Below are positions 1 to 9,639 of a stretch of 64,000 nt of DNA, in pieces; within the stretch, counting starts at the first letter, position 1, and each line of letters begins with the position of its first letter. The position numbers and the translations under genes are program-made. Source of the stretch: Deltaproteobacteria bacterium (GTDB lineage Bacteria; Myxococcota_A; UBA9160; SMWR01); assembly GCA_032128375.1 (NCBI GenBank), contig JAQBGU010000210.1, positions 1-64,000 of the forward strand. The letters run 5' to 3'. The notes beneath the pieces are model-generated. The model was not told the origin of the DNA. It did no database searches and saw only the letters and a list, made by a program, of their open reading frames with translations.

Positions 1-691
1 GTCCGCTGGGGGCCGCCCCCTCCCGCTCCTTCCAGAGCTTGGTGAACGCCTCGAGGCACTCCGTGAGCGCGACCTTGCGCTCTTCTTCCGTAACACCCAT
101 GGCGCCGACCATCAGAGGGCTGGCGGTCGCCATGTCGGACCAGAACGTGAGCTTCCGCCGTTGCTCGTAGGGGAAATCGAACAGGGTGGCCAGCATGCCC
201 GTGGTGACCTCGATCGACACGCGGTCCACCCAGTCGAAGGTCTCGCCGATCGGTAACCCGTCGAGGATTTCGCAGACCCGCTCGCGAATCAACGGCTCGA
301 GTCGATTCAGATTTCGCGGCGAAGCAACCGGCTGTGCGGTCTCGCGGTGCGCCTGGTGGCGCGCGCCGTCCATTGTGATGAAGCCGGCTGCCAGCGGGAA
401 CTCCGGGTCGGGATCGGCGATCACGATCGTCGGCACCGACGAAAAGATCTCGGGGTGCTTCTCGACGTAGACGATGTCGTGGTATTTCGTGACCGACCAG
501 AATGGACCGAACTCACTGTCCGCGCAGTAATGGACCGGATCTTCGCTGCGCAGCCGCTCGAAGTATCCCCAGAGCGTGTCGGTCTCGAACAGTTCGGCGT
601 CGGACACGTCGATCTGTTCGAGCGGGATCGAGTATGGATCGGCGCCAGCCTGGCCCTTCGACGGGAACAGTGTCGCGGTCGCTTCGCTCAT
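1..691 (-). CDS. Cytochrome P450, CYP153-like (alkane hydroxylase family); 3' end runs off the window
   Basis: Not in the ORF track; translated by hand from ATG at 691 with an AGGAG RBS upstream: MSEATAT...PYSIPLEQIDVSDAELF...WGYFERLRSEDPVHYCADSEFGPFWSVTKYHDIV...HPEIFSS...FDWVDRVSIEVTTGMLATLFDFPYEQRRKLTFWSD. This matches the N-terminal half of CYP153 enzymes. Confidence 0.85.
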   Translation of the reverse strand, partial: MSEATATLFPSKGQAGADPYSIPLEQIDVSDAELFETDTLWGYFERLRSEDPVHYCADSEFGPFWSVTKYHDIVYVEKHPEIFSSVPTIVIADPDPEFPLAAGFITMDGARHQAHRETAQPVASPRNLNRLEPLIRERVCEILDGLPIGETFDWVDRVSIEVTTGMLATLFDFPYEQRRKLTFWSDMATASPLMVGAMGVTEEERKVALTECLEAFTKLWKEREGAAPSG

Positions 692-1081
692 GGGATTCTC
701 CTGATAGGACGTGCCGGGTCACGCGGCAGCCCCGCTAACCTACCTCGATTCGGGACCGGCTGGGACAACCGTCTCCAGGACCTGGCTCGCGATCGCGCCA
801 GCGCCGAGCGGCAGGTATCGCACCAGCTGCTCGGACGGCTGCAGGGTGGGCGTGATGCGCGCTGCGCGGAGTTCGCGAAGCGGCCGGTCGCAGTCCGCAA
901 TGAACTCGGAGGCGAAAGCGTCTGTGCTGTCGACATCGCCGTTCCCGCGCAGACGATGTCGACGTTCAGGCGCAACCCAAGCGTCTCAGTGGAACCCGGA
1001 TGGTCTTCGAAGTGGCGCGACAGGTCGGACCGCGCTCGATCCGAGCTACCCGCGCGCTCGGGAGAATTGGGGTCCCGTCGG

Positions 1082-3151
1082 TCACGCGTTGCCGATCCGG
1101 CTCGATGACCAGTCGCTCGGCCCGTCGAGCACTTCGCGCACCTTCATCAGCAGCGCCTGGCTGCTGAATGGCTTGTAGAGCAGCGGGGTGACCGAATCCA
1201 CATCGAGATGCGATTTCAATGCGTCGCCCGTATAGCCAGATATCAACAACACCTTCATGTCGGGTCGCCTGCTGCGCAGCTGCATCGCCAACTCCACTCC
1301 ATTCACGATCGGCATGACTACATCGGACACGAGCAGGTCGACTTCTCCCGAATACGAGTCACTCACCACGACGGCCTCGCTCGCCGACGCGGCCTCGAGG
1401 ACGGCGTAGCCGGCCGATCGCAACTGGCGCAGCGCGACTTGGCGCACCGGATCGTTGTCCTCCGTCAACAAAATGGTCTCACGGCCGTGCCGCGGTCGAT
1501 TTTCGTCGGCAGGCTCGGTTACCGCTAACGCGTCGGCCGTGGCGGGAAACTCGACCACTACGGTCGTGCCACGCCCCGGTTCGCTATCGATTGCGACACG
1601 GCCACCGAGCCGCCGAGCGGTTTCGTTCACCACCGCGAGGCCGAGCCCGGAATTCGAACCGGCCTGCTTGGTCGAAAACAGCGGTTCGAACGCACGAGCC
1701 CGAACCTCCGGGGTCATCCCGGATCCGTCGTCGGTCACGCTCAATACGACGGTGTCCGCCTCAGGTTGGCTCCCTCGTTCGTTTCGAACCGAGATACTGA
1801 TCGAACCCTGCGAGCCGATCGAATCTCTGGCGTTCATGACCAGGTTCACGAGGATTTGTTCGAGTTGAATGGGAGCGCATCGGACGCGCGCATCGGGGGC
1901 GACGTCGATTCTCAGGTCAATGTGCTCACCGCCCAGGCTCGACATCAGGTTTCGAAGACCCAAAACCAGTGTGCTGACGTCGACGGGCGCGGAGGGAGCG
2001 GTCTCGTTTCGACCGAGCAGCAGGAGCTGGCGCAACAGGCGACCCCCGCGTTCGGAAGCTTCGACGATCGCGTCTACTTCGGGGGAGTTCTTTCGTGAGG
2101 CGTCTGCGGTGCACAGCAGCTCAGCGTTGCCCAGGATGATCATCAGGATGTTGTTGAAATCGTGCGCGATGCCTCCCGCCAGGCGGTTGATCGAATCGAG
2201 TCGCGCGCCATTGAGCATGTGAGTTTCGGCTTTGCGGCGCCGGTTGATGTCCCGCACCACGATCAGCACACCAGGAGACCCGTTCTCGAGTTCGATCCGA
2301 CTCGCCTTGCATTCGGTCCAGACCCCGGTTCCGTCGCTCCGCGTGGCGAAAATCTCCACCGGAATGTGAGCCGATTCGACTCCATCAATGATCTGCCCGA
2401 TACCGCGAAACACCGCCTGCGTCGTCCCCACGTCCATCGTCTCGAACCCCTCGATACCTCGGCCGAGCAGCTTCTCCCGCGTGAGCCCGGCGATCTCACA
2501 GAATGCGGGGTTGACAGCCAAGATGACGCCCCGCGAATCGACGGTCAGCATCCCGTCGGGGCAGTTCTCTACGAAAGACGCGCTCTCGAGGTTGGCGCGG
2601 TCTCGCGCACGCACGATCGCCCAGACGAATACTCCTGTGATAGCGATCTGAAACGAGACGATGAGCCCGTGGACCCCATCCGCGAGGCTTGGTAGATCGG
2701 GAGTGATCCAGCCCGTGATTTCGGCCCAGCAAACCAAAACCAGCAACCCCGAAGCGATGCCGGCAGTCGCCAGTGAAGCCCGGCTCCCCAGAGCCGCGCC
2801 TGCGACCATCACCATCGTGACGTAGCCGACCGCGGCCAGTGATCGGACTCCGTGGAGCACCACCACGTAGGCCAGCAGGACACAGGTCGACGCGACCGTG
2901 AGTAGGCTCGCGATGGGGAAATATCCTCGCGCGGTCATTCGATGCAGCGCCAGCAAGGCGACCGAATACGAGACCAGCGAAACGGCGAGGTGCGTTGGGC
3001 CCACGTCGAAACCCAGCACGAAAGCGATCGAAGCAACGGACGCGAAAAAGAGGAGCCCGAGGATCTGGTTCAGCGATCGAGCGCTGCGATCGCTCGGGCC
3101 AGGTCCGGCGAGTGCAACAGACAAACGAGCCGACCAGCCCCGAGCCGTCAT
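1082..3151 (-). CDS. Membrane-bound PAS-domain hybrid sensor histidine kinase / response regulator (CckA-like architecture)
   Basis: N-terminal TM helices, PAS (PDGMLTVDSRG...VNPAF), H-box AGGIAHDFNNIL, N-box QILVNLVMNARD, G-boxes DDGSGM / FEPLFSTK / GLGLA, and a C-terminal REC domain (TEDN...SDVVMP...ISGY...YKPF). Confidence 0.92.
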   Translation of the reverse strand: MTARGWSARLSVALAGPGPSDRSARSLNQILGLLFFASVASIAFVLGFDVGPTHLAVSLVSYSVALLALHRMTARGYFPIASLLTVASTCVLLAYVVVLHGVRSLAAVGYVTMVMVAGAALGSRASLATAGIASGLLVLVCWAEITGWITPDLPSLADGVHGLIVSFQIAITGVFVWAIVRARDRANLESASFVENCPDGMLTVDSRGVILAVNPAFCEIAGLTREKLLGRGIEGFETMDVGTTQAVFRGIGQIIDGVESAHIPVEIFATRSDGTGVWTECKASRIELENGSPGVLIVVRDINRRRKAETHMLNGARLDSINRLAGGIAHDFNNILMIILGNAELLCTADASRKNSPEVDAIVEASERGGRLLRQLLLLGRNETAPSAPVDVSTLVLGLRNLMSSLGGEHIDLRIDVAPDARVRCAPIQLEQILVNLVMNARDSIGSQGSISISVRNERGSQPEADTVVLSVTDDGSGMTPEVRARAFEPLFSTKQAGSNSGLGLAVVNETARRLGGRVAIDSEPGRGTTVVVEFPATADALAVTEPADENRPRHGRETILLTEDNDPVRQVALRQLRSAGYAVLEAASASEAVVVSDSYSGEVDLLVSDVVMPIVNGVELAMQLRSRRPDMKVLLISGYTGDALKSHLDVDSVTPLLYKPFSSQALLMKVREVLDGPSDWSSSRIGNA

Positions 3152-3237
3152 CCGATGAGTGTAGTCGCTTCCGGGGCTTGCGGGAGGACTTTCAGTCGCC
3201 CCGCCGACGGCTCGCTGGTAACGAGGATCTTCGCGTC

Positions 3238-3253
3238 TAAGTAGTTCTACCTA
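3238..3253. promoter_or_regulatory. Putative NarL/LuxR-type 7-2-7 inverted repeat TAAGTAG-TT-CTACCTA upstream of the hybrid kinase
   Basis: 6/7-matched inverted heptamers with a 2-nt spacer, ~85 bp upstream of the kinase start. A similar 7-2-7 element lies at 9574-9589. Confidence 0.45.
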
Positions 3254-4674
3254 CTCGCGGGCTGATCGGCGCGCCCCAAGAGTGTGTCAGATCGATCGCG
3301 TCGCAGCCGTGCCCGACTGCCCGGGTCCGCAACAGCGAGCTGCGACCGCGCGAGGTCGCGGCGCAACAGGTCCGCCGCGCGGGCCGTTTGTGCAGCCCGC
3401 TCCGAAACGGCCGATCCATACAGATCCACCGCCTGGTCGAGCAATCTCAGCGCTTCTTCCCGACGAGAATCCGCGAGCAGCATCACGGCAACGATTCTGG
3501 CGACGTCTGCGAAATGGGGATCGAGCGATGGGGCGGGCCGCGCGCCGCTCGCACGGCCGATTCTCGAAAGTGTCGACGCGCGGGACACTCGGGTATCCGG
3601 AAACGATCGGTTCGTTTCCAGTGCGTCGACATATGCATCGGTGGTCTCCCGCAGATCGACGTGCGGAAACACGTTGCGTTCGATTCCGCCGGGCCCGAAT
3701 GCGCGCGCGATCGTCGCTGTCACGATTCGCCTGGTGACGGGATCGAGTTCCAGCGACGCACCGGATCGGTTCATCAGCGAGTCGACGGCTGCTGAAATGT
3801 GGATCGCGCCATACAGGTGCAGAATCTCGTGCATCAGTACACGGCCTGGGTCGGTTCGAGGCGTGATTCGAATCGCCAGCGATCGGCCGAGCAGTTCGGC
3901 GACGCCGGCTTCCGGCTCACCCTGGGCAGTCGCGCCCGGGCGACTGATCATCACGGCGGCGATTCCTTCGGCCGGCGGTTCGACTCTTTCGACGTACTCG
4001 GCGTGGATCGCGTTCAGGTCGCCCGTGGTGTGCTCGGGATCGAAATCACCGATCACGATCGGAACGAAGCGCGTCCTCAGAATTCCGTCGAGAGAATTCG
4101 ACGCAGACAACCACAATGCTCGGACGACGAACTGCCACCCCTGTGTCGAACGCGTCGCGGCGTCGGCATGAACCTGCACCGGCACGATTCGCCGAGTTCG
4201 CCAGCCCGGCACCCGATCGCGAAGGATCTCGAGCGCCGTGAGAGCCGACTCCGGATCCAGATCGGCGAGCCACACCACTCGTTCCAGCAGGCCGGTCGCC
4301 TCTGCGAGTTGCTGGGCGTTCGCCAGAGCGATGGCGCCGCCCAGCAAGGCCGCCGGATCATAGGGGTGCGCCCAGGCCCGGCGAATCGCGGCCTCCGGAA
4401 CCAGAGCTTCGTGGATGGGGGCGAAGCCCGAGAGCTCGGCCAGTCGCGCGTGCGCGACCGCGTCCGTTGGTGCGTGCTGTAGTGATTCGGCGTCGGCCTG
4501 CGAGCCGAACAGAATCGCGGCCAGGCCCAGCACTCCGACAATGGCCAGCGCTGATCTCGCTCGCGCGTTCGGCGTGCAAGGCCGGTTGCGGCCTCGACGC
4601 GTCTGCGAACGCTGATAAACTCCGACTCGACTCTCCAGACAAGGACGAGGGAGTCGATGGTTCCGGTCCAGCAT
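3247..4674 (-). CDS. Secreted or membrane-anchored metzincin-like zinc metallopeptidase
   Basis: Extended zinc motif HEILHLYGAIH (HExxHxxGxxH) followed by Met-turn-like SLMN. Hydrophobic N-terminal segment and TPR-like helices. GGAGG RBS at 4682-4686. Confidence 0.7.
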   Translation of the reverse strand: MLDRNHRLPRPCLESRVGVYQRSQTRRGRNRPCTPNARARSALAIVGVLGLAAILFGSQADAESLQHAPTDAVAHARLAELSGFAPIHEALVPEAAIRRAWAHPYDPAALLGGAIALANAQQLAEATGLLERVVWLADLDPESALTALEILRDRVPGWRTRRIVPVQVHADAATRSTQGWQFVVRALWLSASNSLDGILRTRFVPIVIGDFDPEHTTGDLNAIHAEYVERVEPPAEGIAAVMISRPGATAQGEPEAGVAELLGRSLAIRITPRTDPGRVLMHEILHLYGAIHISAAVDSLMNRSGASLELDPVTRRIVTATIARAFGPGGIERNVFPHVDLRETTDAYVDALETNRSFPDTRVSRASTLSRIGRASGARPAPSLDPHFADVARIVAVMLLADSRREEALRLLDQAVDLYGSAVSERAAQTARAADLLRRDLARSQLAVADPGSRARLRRDRSDTLLGRADQPASR

Positions 4675-5367
4675 GACATTTCCTCCGGTTCAGTCGGGGC
4701 TGGGGGGCGCTACACGCCGGCGCGGGAATCCGGGATTCTCGTCTCGATCGTCGAAAACGACGCAGCGCTTCTGGACGTGATCGGGAGGACGCTGCTCGCA
4801 GCCGGATACGAGGTGGCGAGATTCGACTCCGCAGAAGCGTTGCTGGGTTCGGACGCGGTTTCGAAGTCCGCGTGTGTCTTGATCGATTTGCGCCTGTCTG
4901 GAGACAACGGATTCGATCTGCAGCAGCGGCTATGCGCCGAGGATCCCGACCTGCCCCTCATTTTCATGAGCGGGTACGCCGACGCGAGAGCGGTCGCCTC
5001 GGCGCTGAGATCCGGCGCGGTGGAATTTCTCGTGAAACCGTTCCGCCAGGTCGCCTTGCTGGAAGCCGTGCGCGTCGCGGTGGCGCGGAGCGTCGGCGGG
5101 AAGCTGCGCCAGGTGCGAGGCGATCGACTGCGAACACTCCTCGCTCGCCTGACGCCCCGCGAGACCGAGGTGCTCGAAATGCTGATCACCGGTTCTGACA
5201 CGAAGGCGGTCGGCATCGCACTCGCGATCAGCCCGCGCACGGTCGAGATCCATCGCCAACACCTGATGCACAAGATGAAAGTGACGAGCGTCGTCGCACT
5301 CGCCCGTCTCTGTCTGGATTTGGACTCGCTCACAGACGGCGCGCCGCCAACCTCAGCAGATTCGTGA
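4657..5367 (+). CDS. FixJ-family response regulator (REC + LuxR HTH)
   Basis: REC with phosphoacceptor Asp (CVLIDLRLSG), FMSG, EFLVKPF; C-terminal LTPRETEVL...ISPRTVEIHRQHLMHKM. Confidence 0.9.
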   Translation: MVPVQHDISSGSVGAGGRYTPARESGILVSIVENDAALLDVIGRTLLAAGYEVARFDSAEALLGSDAVSKSACVLIDLRLSGDNGFDLQQRLCAEDPDLPLIFMSGYADARAVASALRSGAVEFLVKPFRQVALLEAVRVAVARSVGGKLRQVRGDRLRTLLARLTPRETEVLEMLITGSDTKAVGIALAISPRTVEIHRQHLMHKMKVTSVVALARLCLDLDSLTDGAPPTSADS

Positions 5368-6163
5368 CGTGCTCCGAGTGACAACGAACGGCGATCTCGG
5401 TCAGCCGGTGGGCCAGTAGCGGTCTGGCGAGACGAAGGTGTGTGTAGGCGGCTCGCGTCAGTTCGATCAGAACGGACGTGCCGCAGGCAGTCGCGCTTTC
5501 CAGATTGGGAACGTCCGCGACGAACGGGAGCCCTCCAAAAACGCTGCCCGGTGCGAGCGTTGCGAAGGTCACGTCATTTGCCTCGCCGAACCGGTGGTGA
5601 AGCGTGACAGCGCCGCCACGCAGGAAGAACAGGGAATCGTCACCCGGCGTTCTTCTGTGCTGGTGGTAGATGCAGCGATAATTCGGGACTCTTCGCAGCC
5701 GGCTGATCTGCGCGATTCCCATGGCCTCGTCCACTCCCAGACAGCGCAGAAATGCTTGCTGATGGAGGAACTGCGCCAGTTCGTTGCTGGCACGGTTGAC
5801 GAGATCCCAGAGCATCCGGACTGCGGTGGGCTCCGGTTCGTCGAACGCTATCCCCGTGAGAAAGCAATCTTCGCTGTCCGAGTCGGCTTGCCAGCGTCCC
5901 TCGACCGCCAGTTTGAGTTCGCCTTGGGGAAGATGCATCGCCACGCGGCGTACAGACTCCAGCGAAAACATCGAGCGCGTGGCTACGCACAGGCCGCCTA
6001 CGCCAACGTCTCGGGCGTGCCCGGGAAGTGGCGTCAAGAAATCAGATCCGAGAAGTTCGACCGGGAAATCGACGGCCACCCGCGGATCCGACCGCGCTTC
6101 CAGAATCTGCCTGGCGGCACTGTCCGCAAGCGAACCCCGAGCCGATATTTCTGCTACTGCCAT
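5330..6163 (-). CDS. PilZ + cyclic-nucleotide-binding-like domain protein
   Basis: PilZ RxxxR (RSDPR) and DVGVGGL; C-terminal cNMP-fold signature (SLFFLRGGAVTL...TLAPGSVFGGL...SATA...LIELTR); no HTH. Confidence 0.75.
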   Translation of the reverse strand: MAVAEISARGSLADSAARQILEARSDPRVAVDFPVELLGSDFLTPLPGHARDVGVGGLCVATRSMFSLESVRRVAMHLPQGELKLAVEGRWQADSDSEDCFLTGIAFDEPEPTAVRMLWDLVNRASNELAQFLHQQAFLRCLGVDEAMGIAQISRLRRVPNYRCIYHQHRRTPGDDSLFFLRGGAVTLHHRFGEANDVTFATLAPGSVFGGLPFVADVPNLESATACGTSVLIELTRAAYTHLRLARPLLAHRLTEIAVRCHSEHVTNLLRLAARRL

Positions 6164-6312
6164 GATCGGCGGCCTGCTTGCGAGTCGACGAAATGGTTCA
6201 CCCGCATCGCCGATGCGATCCGTCGGAATTCATGTGTCGTCGAGCGCGCGATCGATGCCGCGAGTCGGGGTCGTGAGGTCGTCACCGCCGATTTCCTCCG
6301 GGGGGAGTGTGA

Positions 6313-6951
6313 TCAGGCTGCGATGATTCCTTCGCGAATCGCGTAGCGAACCAGCTCGGACGCTTTGTGCGCGCCGATCCGGTACATCAACGCGGCTCGA
6401 TGCGTTTGCACCGTCTTTTCCGAGATCCCGAGTTCAGTGGCAATCACGGGAGCGGAGAGACCCTCTGCAATCAGCTGTAGAACTTCTCGCTGGCGGCTCG
6501 TGATTCCCGTCCGGCCGGGAGTTTTCCAATTCAAAGTCACCGTATCGACGATGTCCCCAGCGACGGATGGCGAGAGATACGATCCGCCCGCACGCACCTT
6601 CTGGATCGCCTCGACCAGTTCGCACGCCGGTGCGCTCTTGGGAACGAAGCCGGACGCGCCTGCGATCAGCGCCTGTGTGACGTCTGACGGACCGTTTACG
6701 CCCGAGAGTGCGATGCAGCGCGTGTGTCGACTCGCCCCGCAGATCCGCTGAATGGCAGCGATCCCGCTGAGGCGCGGGAGGCGCGTGTCGATGAGCGCTA
6801 TGTGCGGACGCATTTCAGCGGCCGCCGACACCGCTTCGCGGCCGTCCTCGCACTCCGCGACGCATTCGAATTCAGTCTGCGATTCCAGGATTCCCCGGAG
6901 GCCTTCGCGGAACATGCGTTGCGAGTCTGCGATCAGGATCGATGTCTGCAT
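6313..6951 (-). CDS. NarL/LuxR-family response regulator
   Basis: ILIADSQRMFREG...ALIDTRLPRLSG...FVPKSA; HTH ITSRQREVLQLIAEG...ISEKTVQTHR. Confidence 0.92.
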   Translation of the reverse strand: MQTSILIADSQRMFREGLRGILESQTEFECVAECEDGREAVSAAAEMRPHIALIDTRLPRLSGIAAIQRICGASRHTRCIALSGVNGPSDVTQALIAGASGFVPKSAPACELVEAIQKVRAGGSYLSPSVAGDIVDTVTLNWKTPGRTGITSRQREVLQLIAEGLSAPVIATELGISEKTVQTHRAALMYRIGAHKASELVRYAIREGIIAA

Positions 6952-7094
6952 CTGGTTCTCCGTCGTTCGCCGTGTGATCGGCTCCTTCCACCATTCGGCC
7001 GTCGGGCAATCGCCCCAATTCTACGTTCTGCGTATTTTCGAAAGATTTTGTACTGATCCACGACTCAGTGGAAACCACTAGTTCGCTGGTCGTC

Positions 7095-8531
7095 TTACCT
7101 GGAACCTTGCGGGATACCCCCCGTCTCCATTCGTGAGAGCGCGTCGCGCGCTGCGAGTCGATACGCTTCCGCCGGGCCTGGCGAATTCAAGATCGCTCCC
7201 GCCAGGTAGCCGACTGACACTCCCAGACGCACGTATTCGAAACCCAGCTGGAGCGTGTCGCCCGCACAGAATCCGATGACATGGACTCCGATGACGCGGC
7301 CGCTATCGGCTTGCGCGACGAGCTTGAGAAGCCCGCCCTCGGATCCCGCACCCCATCCGCAGTTCGGGGGATACGCGGTCATTCCGACGACGTGTTCGAT
7401 GTCCAGCCGATCGCAAGCCTCATCGCTCAGTCCCACGGTGGCGAGCTCTGGAATCGAGTGGATGAAATGCGGTGCCTGATCCTCGAGCTCAGGCTCGAAT
7501 CCTGCGGCATGCAGGACTGCGACGCGAGAGAGATGATTCTGGACTGCCTGGTTGCGCGAGAGACCACTCACGTCACCGATCCCATAGATCCCTGGCAGTG
7601 AGGTGCGGCCCACTTCATCCGTGAGGAGAAAACCGCGCGAGTCGCGCCCCAGCTCGACGCCATCCATCGATGTGAATGACGTGTCGCGAACGCGTCCGGC
7701 ACACACCGCCACGCACTCGCACTTCTCGATTCTTCCGCTGCCGAGTTTCAGTCGCGCGTAGGGCTCATCTGGATCGGCGACCACTTCGATTCCGCTGATC
7801 TCCTCGTCGAGTACGATTTCGATGCCAGCGTCGTGCATGCTCGGCCTCAGGATCCGCAGCAGGTCGCGGTCGATGCCTCTCATCAGCTGCTTGCGCCTGT
7901 CGATCAGAACGACCGAGGCGCCCAGGGCCGCAAACACCGATGCGAGCTCACAACCGGTTTCGTCGGCCCCGATCACCACCAGACTTCGAGGCGGCGCGTC
8001 CCGGTCGAAAATCGAGCTGTCATCGCAAATCGCCCGGTCGTCGAACCGGAATCGCCGCGGGCGCCGGGGCCGGTTTGGCTCCGAAAGGATCACGGCGCCC
8101 GCGCTGTGCAGCTCTGAACCGATCTCGATCGTGTAGGGGTCCCGAAACCGCACGCTGCCCGTCAGTTGTCGGACCTTCGATTCCTCGAGGTTGCGCCGCA
8201 GACTCTCGACATGCTCGACGAAGGCGCCCTGGATCCGTCGCAGTGCGTCGCATGCGGCGAGTCGGATCTGCTTCTTCGACGGTCGCCGGCGGAGTCCGGC
8301 AGTGCCGTTGGTCAGGATCCTGCACGCCAGCGCACGCCTCACCATCGAGAAAGGCTGACCGGGTGTCGGGTCGGGGTTCGGGGGGAGGACCAGGACGACG
8401 TCCCATCCCAGCCTCTTCCCCTCGAGCGCGGCAGTGTGAGCGGCCGGGCCGTCTCCGATCACGATCAGGTCGTGATGCACCAATCCCGTCCCTCCTTCCG
8501 CGAGTGAGTTCGGCACGACATGGCCGCGCAC
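7095..8531 (-). CDS. Divergent soluble pyridine-nucleotide transhydrogenase (SthA)-like flavoprotein
   Basis: Class I pyridine nucleotide-disulfide oxidoreductase layout, with C-terminal ILNSPGPAEAYRLAA resembling SthA TFNYPTMAEAYRVAA. Several nucleotide-binding motifs are degenerate. Start uncertain. Confidence 0.7.
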   Translation of the reverse strand: MRGHVVPNSLAEGGTGLVHHDLIVIGDGPAAHTAALEGKRLGWDVVLVLPPNPDPTPGQPFSMVRRALACRILTNGTAGLRRRPSKKQIRLAACDALRRIQGAFVEHVESLRRNLEESKVRQLTGSVRFRDPYTIEIGSELHSAGAVILSEPNRPRRPRRFRFDDRAICDDSSIFDRDAPPRSLVVIGADETGCELASVFAALGASVVLIDRRKQLMRGIDRDLLRILRPSMHDAGIEIVLDEEISGIEVVADPDEPYARLKLGSGRIEKCECVAVCAGRVRDTSFTSMDGVELGRDSRGFLLTDEVGRTSLPGIYGIGDVSGLSRNQAVQNHLSRVAVLHAAGFEPELEDQAPHFIHSIPELATVGLSDEACDRLDIEHVVGMTAYPPNCGWGAGSEGGLLKLVAQADSGRVIGVHVIGFCAGDTLQLGFEYVRLGVSVGYLAGAILNSPGPAEAYRLAARDALSRMETGGIPQGSR

Positions 8532-8758
8532 GGATCGGGTGAAACGAGTATGTGTGCAACAAATCGACGAATCGGTACCCGACGTCGGCTTCCAGCCGGA
8601 AACATGCGGTTTCTGCGTACATCGAAGTACTGATGTGAGGATCGCAGGTTCAGCCTAACATCGAATTTGGAATCGACGCGGTATGCCGAGTCAAGTTCGA
8701 GTCGCCGTGGATCGATGAACGAGTTACCGGATGTCGCGCCGACCGGGGAGGGACCAGG

Positions 8759-9487
8759 ATGTCATCAGCGAGCCCGGCCAAGCGGGTCTTTCTGTACGAG
8801 GAAGCGGACTTCTATCGAACCCGCCTGTCGACGATCGTTTCGGAATGTGGACACGATACGGTGTTGGCCGACGGAATTCATCTTGTCGACGCGCTTCGCG
8901 CTGCCGGTCCGCCGCTGGCGCTGATGATCGTGCCTTTCCACGTCACACCGACGCCGATGCTGGAGTCGCTCCGGTTGGCCAGAGAGATCGACTGGCTCGC
9001 CGCCGTTCCGATTCTGGGGGTCAGTTCGTCCGGCACGCAGGGGCTCGATCTCTGGCAGCTGCGGGCGCTGGGCGTCGCCGGCGTGGTCGACCGGTGCGCT
9101 CTGCCCGCTCATGTTCGCTTTCGAGTGTCCCAACTGGTGTTCAGCGGGAAGGGAGCGAGGGTAAACAGAAGGGTCCTGTGCGACTTCCCCGTGAAAGTCG
9201 CCGTCGAAGACGAGGTCTTCACGGCGCGTGCGATCACTCTTTCGGAAAGAGGAATGGGGCTCTCGTGCAACCAGGCTCTGCCGGTCAACACCAAGGTGTC
9301 GCTGCAATTCGATTTCACATCGCTCGCCACCGCGACTCATCGGGTGGAGGGGAGGATCGTGCACGCGAGGGCAGTGGCTGATCCCGAGCCGCGATACGAG
9401 ACGGGCCTGTTCTTCTTTCCTCGAGGGGACGCATTCCGCCACGCAATGGCCGCCGAGGTAGCCAGGCTGCTCGCGATGGAGGGATAA
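8759..9487 (+). CDS. Degenerate receiver-like domain + PilZ domain protein
   Basis: N-terminal REC-like fold (VFLYEEADFYR...PLALMIVP...VPILGVS) without the canonical Asp/Lys; PilZ RVNRR...TLSERGMGL...GRIVH...GLFF. Confidence 0.7.
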   Translation: MSSASPAKRVFLYEEADFYRTRLSTIVSECGHDTVLADGIHLVDALRAAGPPLALMIVPFHVTPTPMLESLRLAREIDWLAAVPILGVSSSGTQGLDLWQLRALGVAGVVDRCALPAHVRFRVSQLVFSGKGARVNRRVLCDFPVKVAVEDEVFTARAITLSERGMGLSCNQALPVNTKVSLQFDFTSLATATHRVEGRIVHARAVADPEPRYETGLFFFPRGDAFRHAMAAEVARLLAMEG

Positions 9488-9573
9488 TCCCGCTCGAGCC
9501 CATTTTTCGGCGCTCTGCGCCCCGGTTTCCGCGAGCCTGCCGATCTTTCAGCTCGAAAGTAGGGGCAGATGCG

Positions 9574-9607
9574 TACGCGGCACTGCGTATTTCACGCAGG
9601 TACGCAG
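9574..9607. promoter_or_regulatory. Putative operator: TACGCGG-CA-CTGCGTA 7-2-7 repeat plus a further TACGCAG half-site
   Basis: Inverted heptamers at 9574-9589 and TACGCAG at 9601-9607, upstream of the regulator at 9640. CTGCGTA recurs at 7028 and 8613. Confidence 0.5.
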
Positions 9608-9639
9608 TCGCTACTTTTCGTGTCGGGTGCGGGGGGACC

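Noticed and set aside
740..984. Stop-to-stop open frame on the minus strand between the P450 and the kinase (…DAFASEFIADCDRPLRELRAARITPTLQPSEQLVRYLPLGAGAIASQVL…)
   Set aside because: No convincing start with an RBS and no recognisable family; may be a remnant but cannot be supported.
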